A stretch of 64,000 nucleotides of DNA from Deinococcales bacterium (GCA_013298185.1 JAAFJQ010000002.1:9591-73590); one strand, 5' to 3'; positions 1 through 10,721 are shown, numbered from the stretch's first letter. Notes: generated by a model not told the origin, from the sequence alone. A program made the numbers and translations.

Positions 1-2276
1 TAGAACTCGAGGGGCTGGCACGAGATGGGATTAAACGGCGTTACAAGCCCGAACAGCACAAAGCTGCCCTAAAACTGATGAGCCATGAACTCGAGGTGAT
101 TGAAGAACTGGGCTTGGCTGAGTATTTCTTGGTGGTGCATGAAGTCATCGAAGCAGCTCGAGCTTTGAAGATTCGCACGGCAGGGCGGGGGAGTGCTGCC
201 TCGAGCATTGTGGTTTATGCGTTGGGGATTGCCCACGCTGACCCGCTTAAGTTTAGGTTGAGATTTGAGCGGTTCTTAAACACTGGGCGTTTTGTGAACA
301 AGCGCGAAGCTCCAGACATTGATGTGGATGTGCAATCAGAACGCCGCCAAGAACTGATTGAATGGGTGACGCAAAGGTTTGCTGGTCAGACGGCAATGGC
401 TGCCAACATCAACACGTATGGACTTCGCGGCGCAACCAGAGACGCGGCGCGGCTGCTGGGCTGGACACATGACCAAGCTGGGGAGTTGACTCGAGTGCTG
501 CCGTATTCGGGCAGACCACGGAACATCAGGAGGCATACAAACGAACTCGAGAGAGTGGCAGGACAAAGTGTGCTGCTCGAGGTGCTGCTGAGCCTTGTGG
601 AGCGCCTGGACGATTGCCCGAGGGATTTAGGACTTCACTCAGGGGGAATGTTGTTGGCTCGAGATTCGATTCTCAGTCACAGTGCAGTCAAACGCAGTGC
701 CAATGGAACGCTTCAAACATTCCTGGATAAACGCACCGCCGAACACGCAGGGCTGGTCAAACTTGACCTTTTGGGCTTGCTGACTTTGGATGTGCTACAA
801 ACAGCCGTTGAATTACTCGAGGCTCAAGGGATGATCTTAGACCTCGAGAACGTGGATTTAGACGATGCACAGATTTATGCTGGCTTAAAAGATGGCAAAG
901 TGATTGGGCTGTTTCAAGTGGAATCACCAGCCCAACAAGCCCTGATTGCCCAACTGCAACCCGAGAATTTTCTTGACCTTGTGGCGCAAGTTGCACTGAT
1001 TCGCCCCGGACCAATCCAAGCCCAATCGGTGCGCCCGTACATCAAACGGCGCAAAGGACTCGAGAAAGTGACATACCCACACTCGAGCCTCGAGCCAGTC
1101 TTGCGCCAGACATATGGGGTGATGGTTTTTCAAGACCAAGCGATTGAGACAGCTCAGACCATTTGTGGGATGAGCATTGACGAAGCCGATAAGTTTAGAA
1201 AATTGGTATCCAAGGCTCGAGACCGTGAGGACATGGAATCTATGCGGGAGGTGTTTACAACTCGAGCGAAAGAAACCCATGCGGACATTGACGATGAAAA
1301 AGCCAATGCTGTTTTCGAGATGGTAGCAGGGTTCGCAGGTTATGGTTTTCCACTTTCGCATTCGGTGGCGTTCGCAACCACAGCCGCGCACACGGCGTAT
1401 TTGAAGGCGCTCTATCCTGCTGCTTTTTTATGTGCGGTCTTGGAGCATGAACCCGGTATGTATCCGAGGCTAACGATTACCCAAGAAGCGCGGCGCATGG
1501 GTATCCCTGTGCTGCCCGTGAACCTCGAGGAAAGCAGTCATCGGTATAGGCTCGAGAAGGTGGATGAAGCTCTTGGTATCAGGCTGGCATTCTCTGCCGT
1601 GGATGGCATCAGTGAAACAGCAGCTCGAGGGTTGGTGCTGGGCAAACCATACTCGAGTTTGGAGGATTTGGTACGACGATCCAAGCTGGCTCGAGATGCG
1701 CTTATGAATCTGGCTCGGAGTGACGCGCTGGCAACGTTTGGAACACGGCGCGATGTGCTTTGGGAGTTGGGGGTACTGGGCAACCGATTGGGTTTGGTTC
1801 ACTCGAGTCCAGAAATGCTTTTACCGATTCATACCGTGACAGCCGAGGACATGGCTTGGCTCGAGGAATTAACAATCGAGGAAGCGCTCGAGTGGGACTT
1901 AGAGGTGACACGCACCAGTGGGGTTCACCCACTTGCACCGTTGCGCCCGATGCTCGAGGTCATGGGAGTGCGGCGCATGGACAAGATTTTTGATGGGCAG
2001 CGCTGCACCGTGGCAGGGTTAGTGGTGGCTCGGCAGCGACCAGAGACCGCGAAAGGGGTGGTTTTCTTGCTGCTCGAGGATGAAAGTGGGCATGTCCAAG
2101 CGATTGTGAAGAGTGACACTTGGCTCGAGCAGCGCCAGATTTTGCGCTCGAGGGCGTTGTTGGTAACTGGACGAGTGCAAAGGTTACGGGGATGGAAAAC
2201 AATCATGCTCGAGGAAGTGGAAGTTCTCGAGACAGCACAGGTGAGGGAAGCTGAGATGGCGTACTTTGTGCGGTGA
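1..2276 (+). CDS. dnaE2: Error-prone DNA polymerase III alpha-type subunit (DnaE2/ImuC-like); 3' ~757 codons, 5' end off the left edge
   Basis: The frame is open from base 3 (ELEGLARDGIKRRYKPEQHKAALKL precedes the first Met at 78). PolIII-alpha motifs: GRGSAASSIVVYALGI, GLVKLDLLGLLTLDVL, ALIRPGP, VFQDQAIE, GYGFPLSHS. The C-terminal OB fold RCTVAGLVVARQRPETAKGVVFLLLEDESGHVQAIV is as in DnaE2. Confidence 0.85.
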   Translation, partial: ELEGLARDGIKRRYKPEQHKAALKLMSHELEVIEELGLAEYFLVVHEVIEAARALKIRTAGRGSAASSIVVYALGIAHADPLKFRLRFERFLNTGRFVNKREAPDIDVDVQSERRQELIEWVTQRFAGQTAMAANINTYGLRGATRDAARLLGWTHDQAGELTRVLPYSGRPRNIRRHTNELERVAGQSVLLEVLLSLVERLDDCPRDLGLHSGGMLLARDSILSHSAVKRSANGTLQTFLDKRTAEHAGLVKLDLLGLLTLDVLQTAVELLEAQGMILDLENVDLDDAQIYAGLKDGKVIGLFQVESPAQQALIAQLQPENFLDLVAQVALIRPGPIQAQSVRPYIKRRKGLEKVTYPHSSLEPVLRQTYGVMVFQDQAIETAQTICGMSIDEADKFRKLVSKARDREDMESMREVFTTRAKETHADIDDEKANAVFEMVAGFAGYGFPLSHSVAFATTAAHTAYLKALYPAAFLCAVLEHEPGMYPRLTITQEARRMGIPVLPVNLEESSHRYRLEKVDEALGIRLAFSAVDGISETAARGLVLGKPYSSLEDLVRRSKLARDALMNLARSDALATFGTRRDVLWELGVLGNRLGLVHSSPEMLLPIHTVTAEDMAWLEELTIEEALEWDLEVTRTSGVHPLAPLRPMLEVMGVRRMDKIFDGQRCTVAGLVVARQRPETAKGVVFLLLEDESGHVQAIVKSDTWLEQRQILRSRALLVTGRVQRLRGWKTIMLEEVEVLETAQVREAEMAYFVR

Positions 2277-2449
2277 ATATCTGCTCGAGACTCGGCTTTT
2301 AACCGCGAAGCGGATACAAGGTTTTTGATGCGAAGCATGGAGCGAAGCGACGAACTGGGTTAGGGTTGCCTCAAGCCTTGGCTTGTTAAGCATATACAAA
2401 TGGTTTTCGTAAAGATGCGTTAGAATCGAAAGCAAACAGGAGTTGACCA

Positions 2450-3991
2450 ATGACAAGCGAAGCACAACGCGCCGCACTACAAGCCCAAATCTGGAAAATA
2501 GCCAATGATGTACGCGGTTCTGTGGACGGATGGGATTTTAAGCAATTCGTACTGGGTAGCCTTTTTTATCGTTTCATCAGCGAGAATTTCACACGGTACA
2601 TTGAAGGCGGCGACGACAGCATCAAATACGCCGAGATGCCCGATGAGCTGATGACCGCAGCCATCAAAGATGACGCAATTAAAACCAAAGGGTATTTTAT
2701 TTACCCAAGCCAACTTTTTGTGAACATTGCCGCCAAAGCCAAAGACAACGAGAACCTGAACACCGAACTCAAAGAAATTTTTACCGCCATTGAAAGCAGC
2801 GCCAATGGCTACCCTTCTCAAGACGACATCAAAGGGTTATTTGCTGATTTTGACACCACCAGCAACCGCCTTGGCAACACCGTCAAAGACAAAAACAGCC
2901 GCTTGACTGCGGTTCTAAAAGGCGTAGCTGGTCTGAGTTTTGGTGATTTTGAAGACAACCAGATTGACCTCTTTGGTGATGCCTACGAGTTCCTGATTTC
3001 CAATTATGCGGCTAACGCGGGCAAATCTGGTGGTGAGTTTTTCACACCGCAACATGTTTCTAAACTGATTGCACAACTGGCAATGCACAACCAAACAACG
3101 GTCAATAAAATCTATGACCCTGCGGCTGGATCAGGTTCTTTGCTGCTCCAAGCCAAAAAACACTTTGATGCCCATGTGATTGAAGAAGGCTTCTACGGGC
3201 AGGAAATCAACCACACCACTTATAACCTAGCCCGAATGAACATGTTTTTGCATAACATCAATTACGACAAATTCAGCCTAGCCCTTGGTAACACGCTGCT
3301 AGACCCGCATTTTGGTGATGAAAAACCCTTCGATGCAATCGTTTCAAACCCGCCGTATTCGGTCAATTGGATTGGCAGCGACGACCCAACCCTAATCAAC
3401 GATGATCGCTTTGCCCCTGCTGGTGTGTTAGCCCCAAAATCCAAAGCTGATTTTGCTTTTGTCCTCCATGCCCTAAGTTACCTTTCTGCCAAAGGACGAG
3501 CCGCGATTGTTTGCTTTCCCGGTATTTTTTACCGAGGCGGCACAGAACAAAAAATAAGGCAGTATTTGATAGACAACAATTTTGTTGAAACCGTGATTTC
3601 ATTAGCCCCAAACTTGTTTTATGGCACAACCATTTCAGTATGTATCTTGGTGTTATCCAAGCACAAGCCAGACACCAAAACCCAGTTTATAGATGCCAGT
3701 GGACTTTTCAAAAAAGAAACCAATAACAACACCCTGACCGATGACCACATAACCCAGATTATGCGGATTTTTGAGAGCAAAACCGATATTGAACACTTAG
3801 CCAAATCGGTTGACCTCGAGAAGATAACCGCCAATGATTACAACCTTTCGGTGAGTTCGTATGTCCAAGCCAAGGAGAAAAGGGAAGTGGTGAACATAAC
3901 CACCCTGAACAAAGACCTAGAAACCACTGTAGCCAACATAGACCGCCTTCGCACTGAAATAGATGCGATTATTGCGGAGATAGAAGCATGA
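2450..3991 (+). CDS. hsdM: Type I restriction-modification system, N6-adenine DNA methyltransferase subunit (type IC, EcoR124-like)
   Basis: 513 aa. HsdM N-terminal motif [35 protein letters not shown], AdoMet motif [13 protein letters not shown], catalytic NPPY ([10 protein letters not shown]). ATGA overlap with hsdS at 3988-3991. Confidence 0.95.
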   Translation: MTSEAQRAALQAQIWKIANDVRGSVDGWDFKQFVLGSLFYRFISENFTRYIEGGDDSIKYAEMPDELMTAAIKDDAIKTKGYFIYPSQLFVNIAAKAKDNENLNTELKEIFTAIESSANGYPSQDDIKGLFADFDTTSNRLGNTVKDKNSRLTAVLKGVAGLSFGDFEDNQIDLFGDAYEFLISNYAANAGKSGGEFFTPQHVSKLIAQLAMHNQTTVNKIYDPAAGSGSLLLQAKKHFDAHVIEEGFYGQEINHTTYNLARMNMFLHNINYDKFSLALGNTLLDPHFGDEKPFDAIVSNPPYSVNWIGSDDPTLINDDRFAPAGVLAPKSKADFAFVLHALSYLSAKGRAAIVCFPGIFYRGGTEQKIRQYLIDNNFVETVISLAPNLFYGTTISVCILVLSKHKPDTKTQFIDASGLFKKETNNNTLTDDHITQIMRIFESKTDIEHLAKSVDLEKITANDYNLSVSSYVQAKEKREVVNITTLNKDLETTVANIDRLRTEIDAIIAEIEA

Positions 3992-5169
3992 GCCAGCCAA
4001 CCTTTATGGAGCGACTGCTCGAGGGTGTGACGGTGGAATGGAAGCCGTTGGGAAGCGTAGCTGATTATGAACAACCGACAGAGTATCTCGTTAAGACAAC
4101 TAACTATAGCGACGACTTTGAAACTCCAGTTTTAACCGCAGGAAAAACTTTCATCCTTGGTTACACTGATGAAACAGAGGGTATTTATAAAGCTTCACTA
4201 AAACCTGTAATTATTTTTGATGACTTTACAACAGCCAACAAATGGGTAGATTTTGACTTTAAAGCCAAGTCTTCAGCAATGAAAATGATTACATCTATTG
4301 ATGAAACCAAAGTTTCATTAAGATATGTCTACCATTGGTTAAACACATTGCCCACAGAATTAATTGATGGAGACCATAAACGTCAATGGATTAGCAATTT
4401 TGCTAATAAAAAAATTCCCATCCCGCCCCTCGAGGTTCAAGCGGAAATTGTTCGTATATTGGATACATTCACCGAGCTTACAGCCGAGCTTACAGCCGAG
4501 CTTACAGCCCGCAAAAAGCAATACACCTACTACCGCGACCAGCTTTTAACCTTTGAAGAAGGGCATGCAGAATGGAAAACATTGGAAGAAGTCGCAATAT
4601 ACCGCCGAGGCTCTTTTCCCCAGCCATACGGCGAAGATAAATGGTACGACGGTGAGGGCGCAATGCCGTTCGTGCAAGTTGTTGATGTTGGTGCAAATAT
4701 GCGACTTGTAGAAATTACAAAAAACAAAATATCAAAGTTGGCACAGCCCAAAAGTGTTTTTGTAAAAGAGGGAACAGTCATTGTAACTCTACAGGGCAGC
4801 ATTGGGCGTGTTGCTATCACTCAATATGATTGTTTTGTGGATAGAACTTTGGCAATATTTGAAAAATTCCAGATAGAAATTGATACCAAGTATTTTGCTT
4901 ATCAACTTCAAGCAAAATTCGGAATTGAAAAAGAGAATGCACGCGGTAGCACAATAAAAACAATCACAAAAGAAGAATTTTCCAAGTTTAAAATCCCCAT
5001 CCCGCCCCTCGAGACTCAAGCCCGAATCGTTGCTATCCTCGATAAATTCGATGCCCTAACCAATTCCATCACCGAGGGCTTACCTCGAGAAATTGCCTTG
5101 CGTCAACAGCAGTACGAGTATTACCGTGAATTACTTCTTAGCTTCCCTAAACCAGAGGCAGGGGTCTGA
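3988..5169 (+). CDS. hsdS: Type I R-M specificity subunit
   Basis: 393 aa. Two target-recognition halves, each followed by the conserved helix KIPIPPLE(V/T)QA(E/R)IV(R/A)ILD. Central ELTA x3 repeat; C-terminal [11 protein letters not shown]. Confidence 0.9.
   Translation: MSQPTFMERLLEGVTVEWKPLGSVADYEQPTEYLVKTTNYSDDFETPVLTAGKTFILGYTDETEGIYKASLKPVIIFDDFTTANKWVDFDFKAKSSAMKMITSIDETKVSLRYVYHWLNTLPTELIDGDHKRQWISNFANKKIPIPPLEVQAEIVRILDTFTELTAELTAELTARKKQYTYYRDQLLTFEEGHAEWKTLEEVAIYRRGSFPQPYGEDKWYDGEGAMPFVQVVDVGANMRLVEITKNKISKLAQPKSVFVKEGTVIVTLQGSIGRVAITQYDCFVDRTLAIFEKFQIEIDTKYFAYQLQAKFGIEKENARGSTIKTITKEEFSKFKIPIPPLETQARIVAILDKFDALTNSITEGLPREIALRQQQYEYYRELLLSFPKPEAGV
4474..4509 (+). repeat. 3 x 12-bp perfect tandem repeat GAGCTTACAGCC (ELTA x3) in the central conserved region of hsdS
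   Basis: Read directly: units at 4474-4485, 4486-4497 and 4498-4509. Confidence 0.95.
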
Positions 5170-5173
5170 ACCC

Positions 5174-5680
5174 ATGAGTAACGCGCCGCGTTTTACGATT
5201 ACTTCCGATATTCTTAATTTGGTGGCTGGTATCAGCGAACAAGTCGGTAGGCTTAACGCCAGTGCTTTAAGTCTGTCGCCGCAGTTACGCAAACAAAATC
5301 GGATTAAAACCATTACGGGAACACTGGCAATTGAAGGGAACACACTGACCGAAGAACAAGTCACGGCGATTCTCGAGGGTCGGCGGGTCTTGGGGAGTGT
5401 GCAGGAAAATGCCCCTGTAAATGCCCCTGTAAATGCCCCTGTAAATGTGGTGGGGTTGAAAACACCAGATGCCATTTTGCTTTTGATTCAAGATAACCCT
5501 CGGCTTACTCGGCAACAAATAGCCAGTACCTTACAAAAAGATGTGCGAACCATTGGACGTGTCATAACCCAGTTACAACAGGCAGGCAACTTAAAAAGAA
5601 TTGGTTCTGATAAGGCTGGTCATTGGGAAGTCAACCCAACGTGGCAACTATCGGCAAAAAGGATGCAGACTCATGAATGA
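5174..5680 (+). CDS. Fic-family N-terminal domain + C-terminal winged-HTH protein lacking the Fic catalytic core
   Basis: Start ATG 5174 (MSNAPRF). Fic_N-like region with inhibitory-helix-type motif [15 protein letters not shown]-terminal wHTH-like [34 protein letters not shown]. No HxFx(D/E)GNGR motif anywhere; an APVN x3 repeat sits where the core would be. Stop overlaps the hsdR start. Confidence 0.6.
   Translation: MSNAPRFTITSDILNLVAGISEQVGRLNASALSLSPQLRKQNRIKTITGTLAIEGNTLTEEQVTAILEGRRVLGSVQENAPVNAPVNAPVNVVGLKTPDAILLLIQDNPRLTRQQIASTLQKDVRTIGRVITQLQQAGNLKRIGSDKAGHWEVNPTWQLSAKRMQTHE
5408..5447 (+). repeat. ~3.3 x 12-bp tandem repeat AATGCCCCTGTA (NAPV repeats) inside the Fic-like gene
   Basis: Read directly: units at 5408-5419, 5420-5431 and 5432-5443, plus a partial unit. 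Confidence 0.9.
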
Positions 5681-8600
5681 ATTTAAACCAATCGCAGAAG
5701 CCAACACGTTTATTGTTCTCGAGAAATACACCAAAATCGAGCAGCTAAACGGCGGATACCAAAGCGAAGCCGATTTAGAACGTGAATTGATTCAAGACTT
5801 ACAGAATCAGGGTTATGAGTACCTGCCCACGCTGACCAGCCCTGAAACCATGCTGGCGAATGTGCGGGTGCAACTAGAAACCCTGAACAACATGCGCTTT
5901 AGTGATGCTGAGTGGTTGCGTTTTATCGAAGAGTATTTGGATAAACCCAGCGATGGCATGACCGAAAAAGCCAAGAAAATTCATGATAATTACATTCACG
6001 ATTTTGTGTTTGATGATGGGCATATTCAAAACATTTACCTTGTAGACAAAAAGAATACGGCTCGGAATAAACTACAAGTGATTCGGCAATTTGAACAAAA
6101 AGGCACACAAGCCAATCGGTACGATGTTACGATTCTGGTCAACGGCTTACCGTTGGTTCAGGTTGAACTGAAAAAACGTGGCGTGGCAATACGTGAAGCT
6201 TTTAATCAAGTGCATCGGTACAGCAAAGAGAGCTTTAACTCGAGTAATTCGCTTTATAAGTACATTCAGATTTTTGTGATTTCCAATGGCACGGACAGCC
6301 GTTATTTTGCCAATACCACCAAGCGCGATAAGAACAGCTTTGATTTCACAATGAATTGGGCAAGAGCCGATAACACCTTGATTAAAGACCTAAAGGATTT
6401 TACTGCAACTTTTTTTGCAAAAAACACCTTGCTGCAAGTCCTGCTGACCTATTCGGTGTTTGATATTGGTGAAACTTTGCTGGTGATGCGTCCATATCAG
6501 ATTGCTGCGACTGAACGAATGTTATGGAAGATTAACAGTTCGTATCAGGCTAAAAAATGGAGCAGCACCGAAGGCGGTGGCTTTATTTGGCACACGACTG
6601 GTTCGGGTAAAACCCTAACGAGTTTCAAGGCGGCGCGGTTAGCCACTGAACTCGAGTTTATTGAAAAAGTCTTTTTTGTGGTGGATCGCAAAGACCTTGA
6701 TTACCAAACGATAAAAGAGTACCAGCGTTTTTCACCTGATAGTGTCAACGGTTCGGACAGCACGGCGGGCTTAAAAAGCAATATCGAAAAAGATGACAAT
6801 AAAATCATTGTCACCACGATTCAAAAGCTGAATAACTTACTAAAAACCGAGGCGAATTTAGCGATTTACGATAAGCAAGTGGTGTTTATTTTTGATGAAG
6901 CCCACCGCTCGCAATTTGGTGAAGCTCAAAAAAACTTAGCAAAAAAATTCAAAAAGTTTTATCAGTTTGGTTTTACTGGCACACCGATTTTTCCTCAGAA
7001 TGCCTTGGGAGCTGACACCACCGCCAGTGTCTTTGGTCGTGAGTTGCATTCTTATGTGATTACTGATGCGATTCGGGATGAAAAAGTTTTGAAGTTTAAG
7101 GTTGATTATAACGATGTACGTCCTAAGTTTAAGGCGATTGAATCCGAGCAAGACGAGCAGAAACTCTCGGCAGCCGAGAACAAAGAAGCCTTGCTGCACC
7201 CTGAGCGAATCAAAGAGATTGCGCGGTATGTACTCAGTAATTTCAGGCAGAAAACCCGCCGGTTACAAGCTGGCGGTAAGGGCTTTAACGCCATGTTTGC
7301 AGTCAGCAGCATAGACGCTGCCAAACTGTACTACGAGGCTTTGCAGAACCTACAAAAAGACAGTGACAAACCCCTGAAAATCGCCACGATTTATTCTTTT
7401 GCCGCCAACGAAGAACAAGGCGCGATTGGTGAAATTCTCGATGAGGGTTTTGAACCCTCGGCGCTCGAGAGCAGCGCCAAAGAGTTTTTAAGCGCTGCAA
7501 TTGCTGATTACAACGCCATCTTCAAAACGAATTTTAGTGTTGACAGCAAAGAGTTCCAGAATTATTACCGCGACCTTGCCAAGCGAGTCAAAGACCAAGA
7601 GATTGATTTGCTGATTGTGGTTGGGATGTTCCTGACTGGTTTTGACGCGCCGACGCTGAACACCTTATTTGTGGATAAAAACCTGCGGTATCACGGTTTA
7701 ATTCAGGCTTTTTCGCGCACCAATCGGATTTTTGGTGCGACCAAAACCTTTGGGAATATTGTGCTGTTTCGGAATTTAGAACAAGCCACAAAAGATGCAC
7801 TGACGCTTTTTGGCGATAAGAACACCAAAAACATTGTGCTGGAAAAAAGTTACAAAGAGTACATGGAGGGTTTTACCGACATCTCCACTGGTGAGGCACG
7901 GCGCGGTTATTTGGATGTGGTGCAGGAATTACAGGAGCGCTTTCCTAACCCTGACGAGATCATCACTGAAAAGGACAAAAAAGACTTTGCCAAGCTGTTT
8001 GGTGAATACCTGCGGGTTGAAAATATTTTGCAAAACTACGATGAGTTTGCTGGTCTAAAAGCCCTGCAAGACGTGGATTTGAGCGACCCTGCGGCGGTAG
8101 AAGAATTCAAAACCAAGCACTTTTTAGACGATGACGAACTCGAGCGGATGCAGCAAGTGAAAATACCAAAAGAGCGCACGATTCAAGATTACCGTTCGAC
8201 TTACAACGACATTAGGGACTGGTTGCGCCGCGAGCAAACTGGCAAAGAAAAAGCCGCCTCGAGTGTAGACTGGGATGATGTTACTTTTGAAGTGGATTTG
8301 CTCAAATCCCAAGAGATCAACCTAGACTATATTCTTGAACTGATCTTTGAACACAAGAAAAAACTCAAAGATAAAACTGCTCTGGTCGAAGAAGCCAGCC
8401 GCTTGGTACGTGCCAGCGTCGGCAACCGCGCCAAAGAGAGCTTATTGGTTGACTTTATCAACCGAACTGACCTTGATACAATCCAAGACAAAGCCAGCAT
8501 CATTGAAGCATTTTTTACTTTTGCACAAGGTGAACAGCAACGCGAAGCACAAGACTTAATTGCATCTGAGAACCTGAATATTGAAGCCGCCAAACGATAC

Positions 8601-8771
8601 ATCGTCGCATCCTTAAAACGAGAATACGCCAGTGACAGCGGTACGGAACTGAGTGAGTTGCTACCCAAAATGAGTCCGTTGAATCCGCAGTACCTAACCA
8701 AAAAGCAAAGTGTTTTCGGAAAAATAGCGGCTTTTGTTGAAAAGTTTAAGGGAGTTGGTGGGCAGATTTAA
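5673..8771 (+). CDS. hsdR: Type I R-M restriction (helicase-nuclease) subunit
   Basis: 1032 aa from ATG 5673 (MNEFKPIAE; the track start at 5601 is an upstream extension). SF2 motifs [10 protein letters not shown] (I), [10 protein letters not shown] (II, DEAH), FGFTGTP (III), QAFSRTNR (VI). Confidence 0.93.
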   Translation: MNEFKPIAEANTFIVLEKYTKIEQLNGGYQSEADLERELIQDLQNQGYEYLPTLTSPETMLANVRVQLETLNNMRFSDAEWLRFIEEYLDKPSDGMTEKAKKIHDNYIHDFVFDDGHIQNIYLVDKKNTARNKLQVIRQFEQKGTQANRYDVTILVNGLPLVQVELKKRGVAIREAFNQVHRYSKESFNSSNSLYKYIQIFVISNGTDSRYFANTTKRDKNSFDFTMNWARADNTLIKDLKDFTATFFAKNTLLQVLLTYSVFDIGETLLVMRPYQIAATERMLWKINSSYQAKKWSSTEGGGFIWHTTGSGKTLTSFKAARLATELEFIEKVFFVVDRKDLDYQTIKEYQRFSPDSVNGSDSTAGLKSNIEKDDNKIIVTTIQKLNNLLKTEANLAIYDKQVVFIFDEAHRSQFGEAQKNLAKKFKKFYQFGFTGTPIFPQNALGADTTASVFGRELHSYVITDAIRDEKVLKFKVDYNDVRPKFKAIESEQDEQKLSAAENKEALLHPERIKEIARYVLSNFRQKTRRLQAGGKGFNAMFAVSSIDAAKLYYEALQNLQKDSDKPLKIATIYSFAANEEQGAIGEILDEGFEPSALESSAKEFLSAAIADYNAIFKTNFSVDSKEFQNYYRDLAKRVKDQEIDLLIVVGMFLTGFDAPTLNTLFVDKNLRYHGLIQAFSRTNRIFGATKTFGNIVLFRNLEQATKDALTLFGDKNTKNIVLEKSYKEYMEGFTDISTGEARRGYLDVVQELQERFPNPDEIITEKDKKDFAKLFGEYLRVENILQNYDEFAGLKALQDVDLSDPAAVEEFKTKHFLDDDELERMQQVKIPKERTIQDYRSTYNDIRDWLRREQTGKEKAASSVDWDDVTFEVDLLKSQEINLDYILELIFEHKKKLKDKTALVEEASRLVRASVGNRAKESLLVDFINRTDLDTIQDKASIIEAFFTFAQGEQQREAQDLIASENLNIEAAKRYIVASLKREYASDSGTELSELLPKMSPLNPQYLTKKQSVFGKIAAFVEKFKGVGGQI

Positions 8772-8917
8772 GTGCTGTGTTTAGCAAGCTCGAGCAGGCA
8801 AAAAAAACACGCCACTTCTGGGCGCTGATAGAAACAAGCATACGGCATTATTCTGTATTCGTCAAGTTTATGCACTTGGATTCGTGTATAACAGTGTTTT
8901 TACTGATTTCCAACCAC

Positions 8918-9031
8918 CTATTTCTTAACTTCTTCAAACACTGGCACATCCCCAAGCAGTGGCTCGAGACCCGCGTAGCGCCGTTGCCAATGCTCGAGCC
9001 GAGCATGTAAATAGCCAAAGCCTTTAGACGG
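8918..9031 (-). repeat. HNH-gene 3' tail fragment, copy A (HARLEHWQRRYAGLEPLLGDVPVFEEVKK-stop) plus a 26-nt junction block
   Basis: The minus strand translates to the C-terminus of the HNH protein at 12004-12279. No start codon, and an in-frame stop lies just upstream. ~95% identical to copy B at 10722-10834, including the non-HNH 26-mer TGTAAATAGCCAAAGCCTTTAGACGG (9006-9031). Confidence 0.85.
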
Positions 9032-9060
9032 GCTTTAACCGACTTTTTTATTGAGTTATT

Positions 9061-9095
9061 TAACTGTAAGCATTTTTGTGATATGCTTACAGTTA
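9061..9095. promoter_or_regulatory. 13-bp perfect inverted repeat (TAACTGTAAGCAT-N9-ATGCTTACAGTTA) at the abiEi 5' end; candidate AbiEi autoregulatory operator
   Basis: Arms 9061-9073 and 9083-9095, read directly. Overlaps the first ATG (9083); a second ATG at 9095 is the alternative start. Confidence 0.5.
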
Positions 9096-9709
9096 TGAAC
9101 CAAGCATCTCACCTCGAGCAATTACTCGAGCAGAACCACGGGTTAATCGAACGCCATGCACTTAACAAAGCTGGTATTCAACCACGCACCATAACCCAAT
9201 GGCTCGAGACTGGACGACTTGAGCGGCTGCACCGTGGGGTTTATCGGGCTACAGATTCATTTATTCAGCATTCAGATTTACTCGAGGCATGGTTGGTTGC
9301 GCCTTACAGTGTAATTTGTTTGATTTCAGCTTTACAATTCCATGAGTTAGGCACGGCTCTGGCTGGACGGGTGTACTTAGCCGTGAATCGAACCCATCGC
9401 GCTCCTAAGCTCGAGTTTCCACCGCTTGAGGTGCATCATTTTCCAACGGCTATTTTTAAGGCTGGGATTGAACAGCATTTAATCGGTGGGCGGCTTGTGC
9501 CGATTTATAGCCCCGAAAAAACGATTGCTGATTTACTGCGGTATGAACGGTTTACTGGGCGAGATGTGTTCTTAGAAGCCTTACAGTATTACTTGAAGCG
9601 CAAGTCTCGAAATATAAGTAAGTTGCTCGAGATGGCACGGGTTTGTAAAGTAGAAAGTAAAATCCAGATTTATGTTGAAGCCCTTGTGAATAACAGCTTG
9701 GATTACTAA
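9083..9709 (+). CDS. abiEi: AbiEi-family type IV toxin-antitoxin antitoxin (start may be 9095)
   Basis: N-terminal wHTH pattern AGIQPRTITQWLETGRLERLHRGVYR. C-terminal AbiEi-type domain ICLISALQFHELG...IYSPEKTIADLLRY. Followed by abiEii. Confidence 0.8.
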   Translation: MLTVMNQASHLEQLLEQNHGLIERHALNKAGIQPRTITQWLETGRLERLHRGVYRATDSFIQHSDLLEAWLVAPYSVICLISALQFHELGTALAGRVYLAVNRTHRAPKLEFPPLEVHHFPTAIFKAGIEQHLIGGRLVPIYSPEKTIADLLRYERFTGRDVFLEALQYYLKRKSRNISKLLEMARVCKVESKIQIYVEALVNNSLDY

Positions 9710-9797
9710 GTATCTCCCACTTTCGTTTTAGAATTTCCAAAAAGCGTCAATTCTGTCACTTCAGCGTGAGATACGTTGCCGTTACTCCTTTTAGTCG

Positions 9798-9830
9798 GAA
9801 ATGTTTTAGCAAAAAACTCTAAAACATTTC
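9798..9830. repeat. Perfect 12-bp-stem hairpin GAAATGTTTTAG-N9-CTAAAACATTTC between abiEi and abiEii
   Basis: Read directly. The arms closely resemble the hairpin at 26762-26794. Confidence 0.8.
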
Positions 9831-9845
9831 ACAGGTGTACTTAAA

Positions 9846-10694
9846 ATGAAAGACCATATTAAGAACAAAGCCCAATCGGTACTTGACCGTCTGCGTAACC
9901 TTGCCAGACTCGAGCAACGCGAATTCCAAGCAATGCTGCTTTTATACGCCCAAGAACGTTTTTTAGCTCGGATGTCAAGCAGTCCGTACAAACAGCACTT
10001 TGCCCTTAAAGGTGGGATGTTCTTATACAGCCGTTACCAACAAAGCGCTCGTCCGACCCAAGACATGGATTTTGCAGGACGAAATACCAGTAACCAAATC
10101 GAGGATATTCTCGAGCAAATGCGTGAAATTCTAGGCTTAGACTTAGATGATGGGGTGGTTTTTGACACAAGCAATTTAAGCGGCTCGAGGATTGCTGAGG
10201 AGAGCAAATACGCTGGGGTACGCATCAAAACCGAGGCACGAATTGTCCAAGCCAAATTACCCATCATTTTAGATGTTGGTTTTGGTGATGTGATTAGTCC
10301 TGCGCCGGTATTACAAAGCTATCCGAACTTATTGAACAACTCACCTTTTGAGCTTTTCACCATTACCCTCGAGACCCTGATTGCCGAGAAATTCCAAGCG
10401 ATGGTGATGCTTGGGGAGCGCAATACTCGAATAAAAGATTTCTACGACCTGTACCGCATTGCCAGTACCGAAACCCTAAATCCAGAAAGCCTTCGCACAG
10501 CCCTTGAACGCACTTTCAAGCAACGCGAAACGCGTTTAGAAGCAGCTCAGGCTTTTCTAGCCCAAGGTTACGTGAACAGCACCAACCGACAACAGCTATG
10601 GGAAGGGTATTTACGACGTTCCAAACTTGAAGCACCAACAGATTTTAACGAGATTATGCAGGGTATTCGTGCCATGATAGACAAGGTGCTTTAA
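9846..10694 (+). CDS. abiEii: AbiEii/AbiGii-family nucleotidyltransferase toxin
   Basis: 282 aa. Family-typical N-terminus IKNKAQSVLDRLRNLA...LLLYAQERFLARMSSSPYKQHFALKGGMFL...RPTQDMDFAG. Confidence 0.85.
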   Translation: MKDHIKNKAQSVLDRLRNLARLEQREFQAMLLLYAQERFLARMSSSPYKQHFALKGGMFLYSRYQQSARPTQDMDFAGRNTSNQIEDILEQMREILGLDLDDGVVFDTSNLSGSRIAEESKYAGVRIKTEARIVQAKLPIILDVGFGDVISPAPVLQSYPNLLNNSPFELFTITLETLIAEKFQAMVMLGERNTRIKDFYDLYRIASTETLNPESLRTALERTFKQRETRLEAAQAFLAQGYVNSTNRQQLWEGYLRRSKLEAPTDFNEIMQGIRAMIDKVL

Positions 10695-10721
10695 GTTATC
10701 TTCAATTCGCGTTATAAGCCT

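Noticed and set aside
8777-9010. 77-aa plus-strand ORF in the track
   Set aside because: It is the opposite-strand shadow of the HNH 3' tail repeat (copy A). The same DNA recurs at 10722-10834 without an equivalent plus-strand ORF, and the sequence has no start context or motif.
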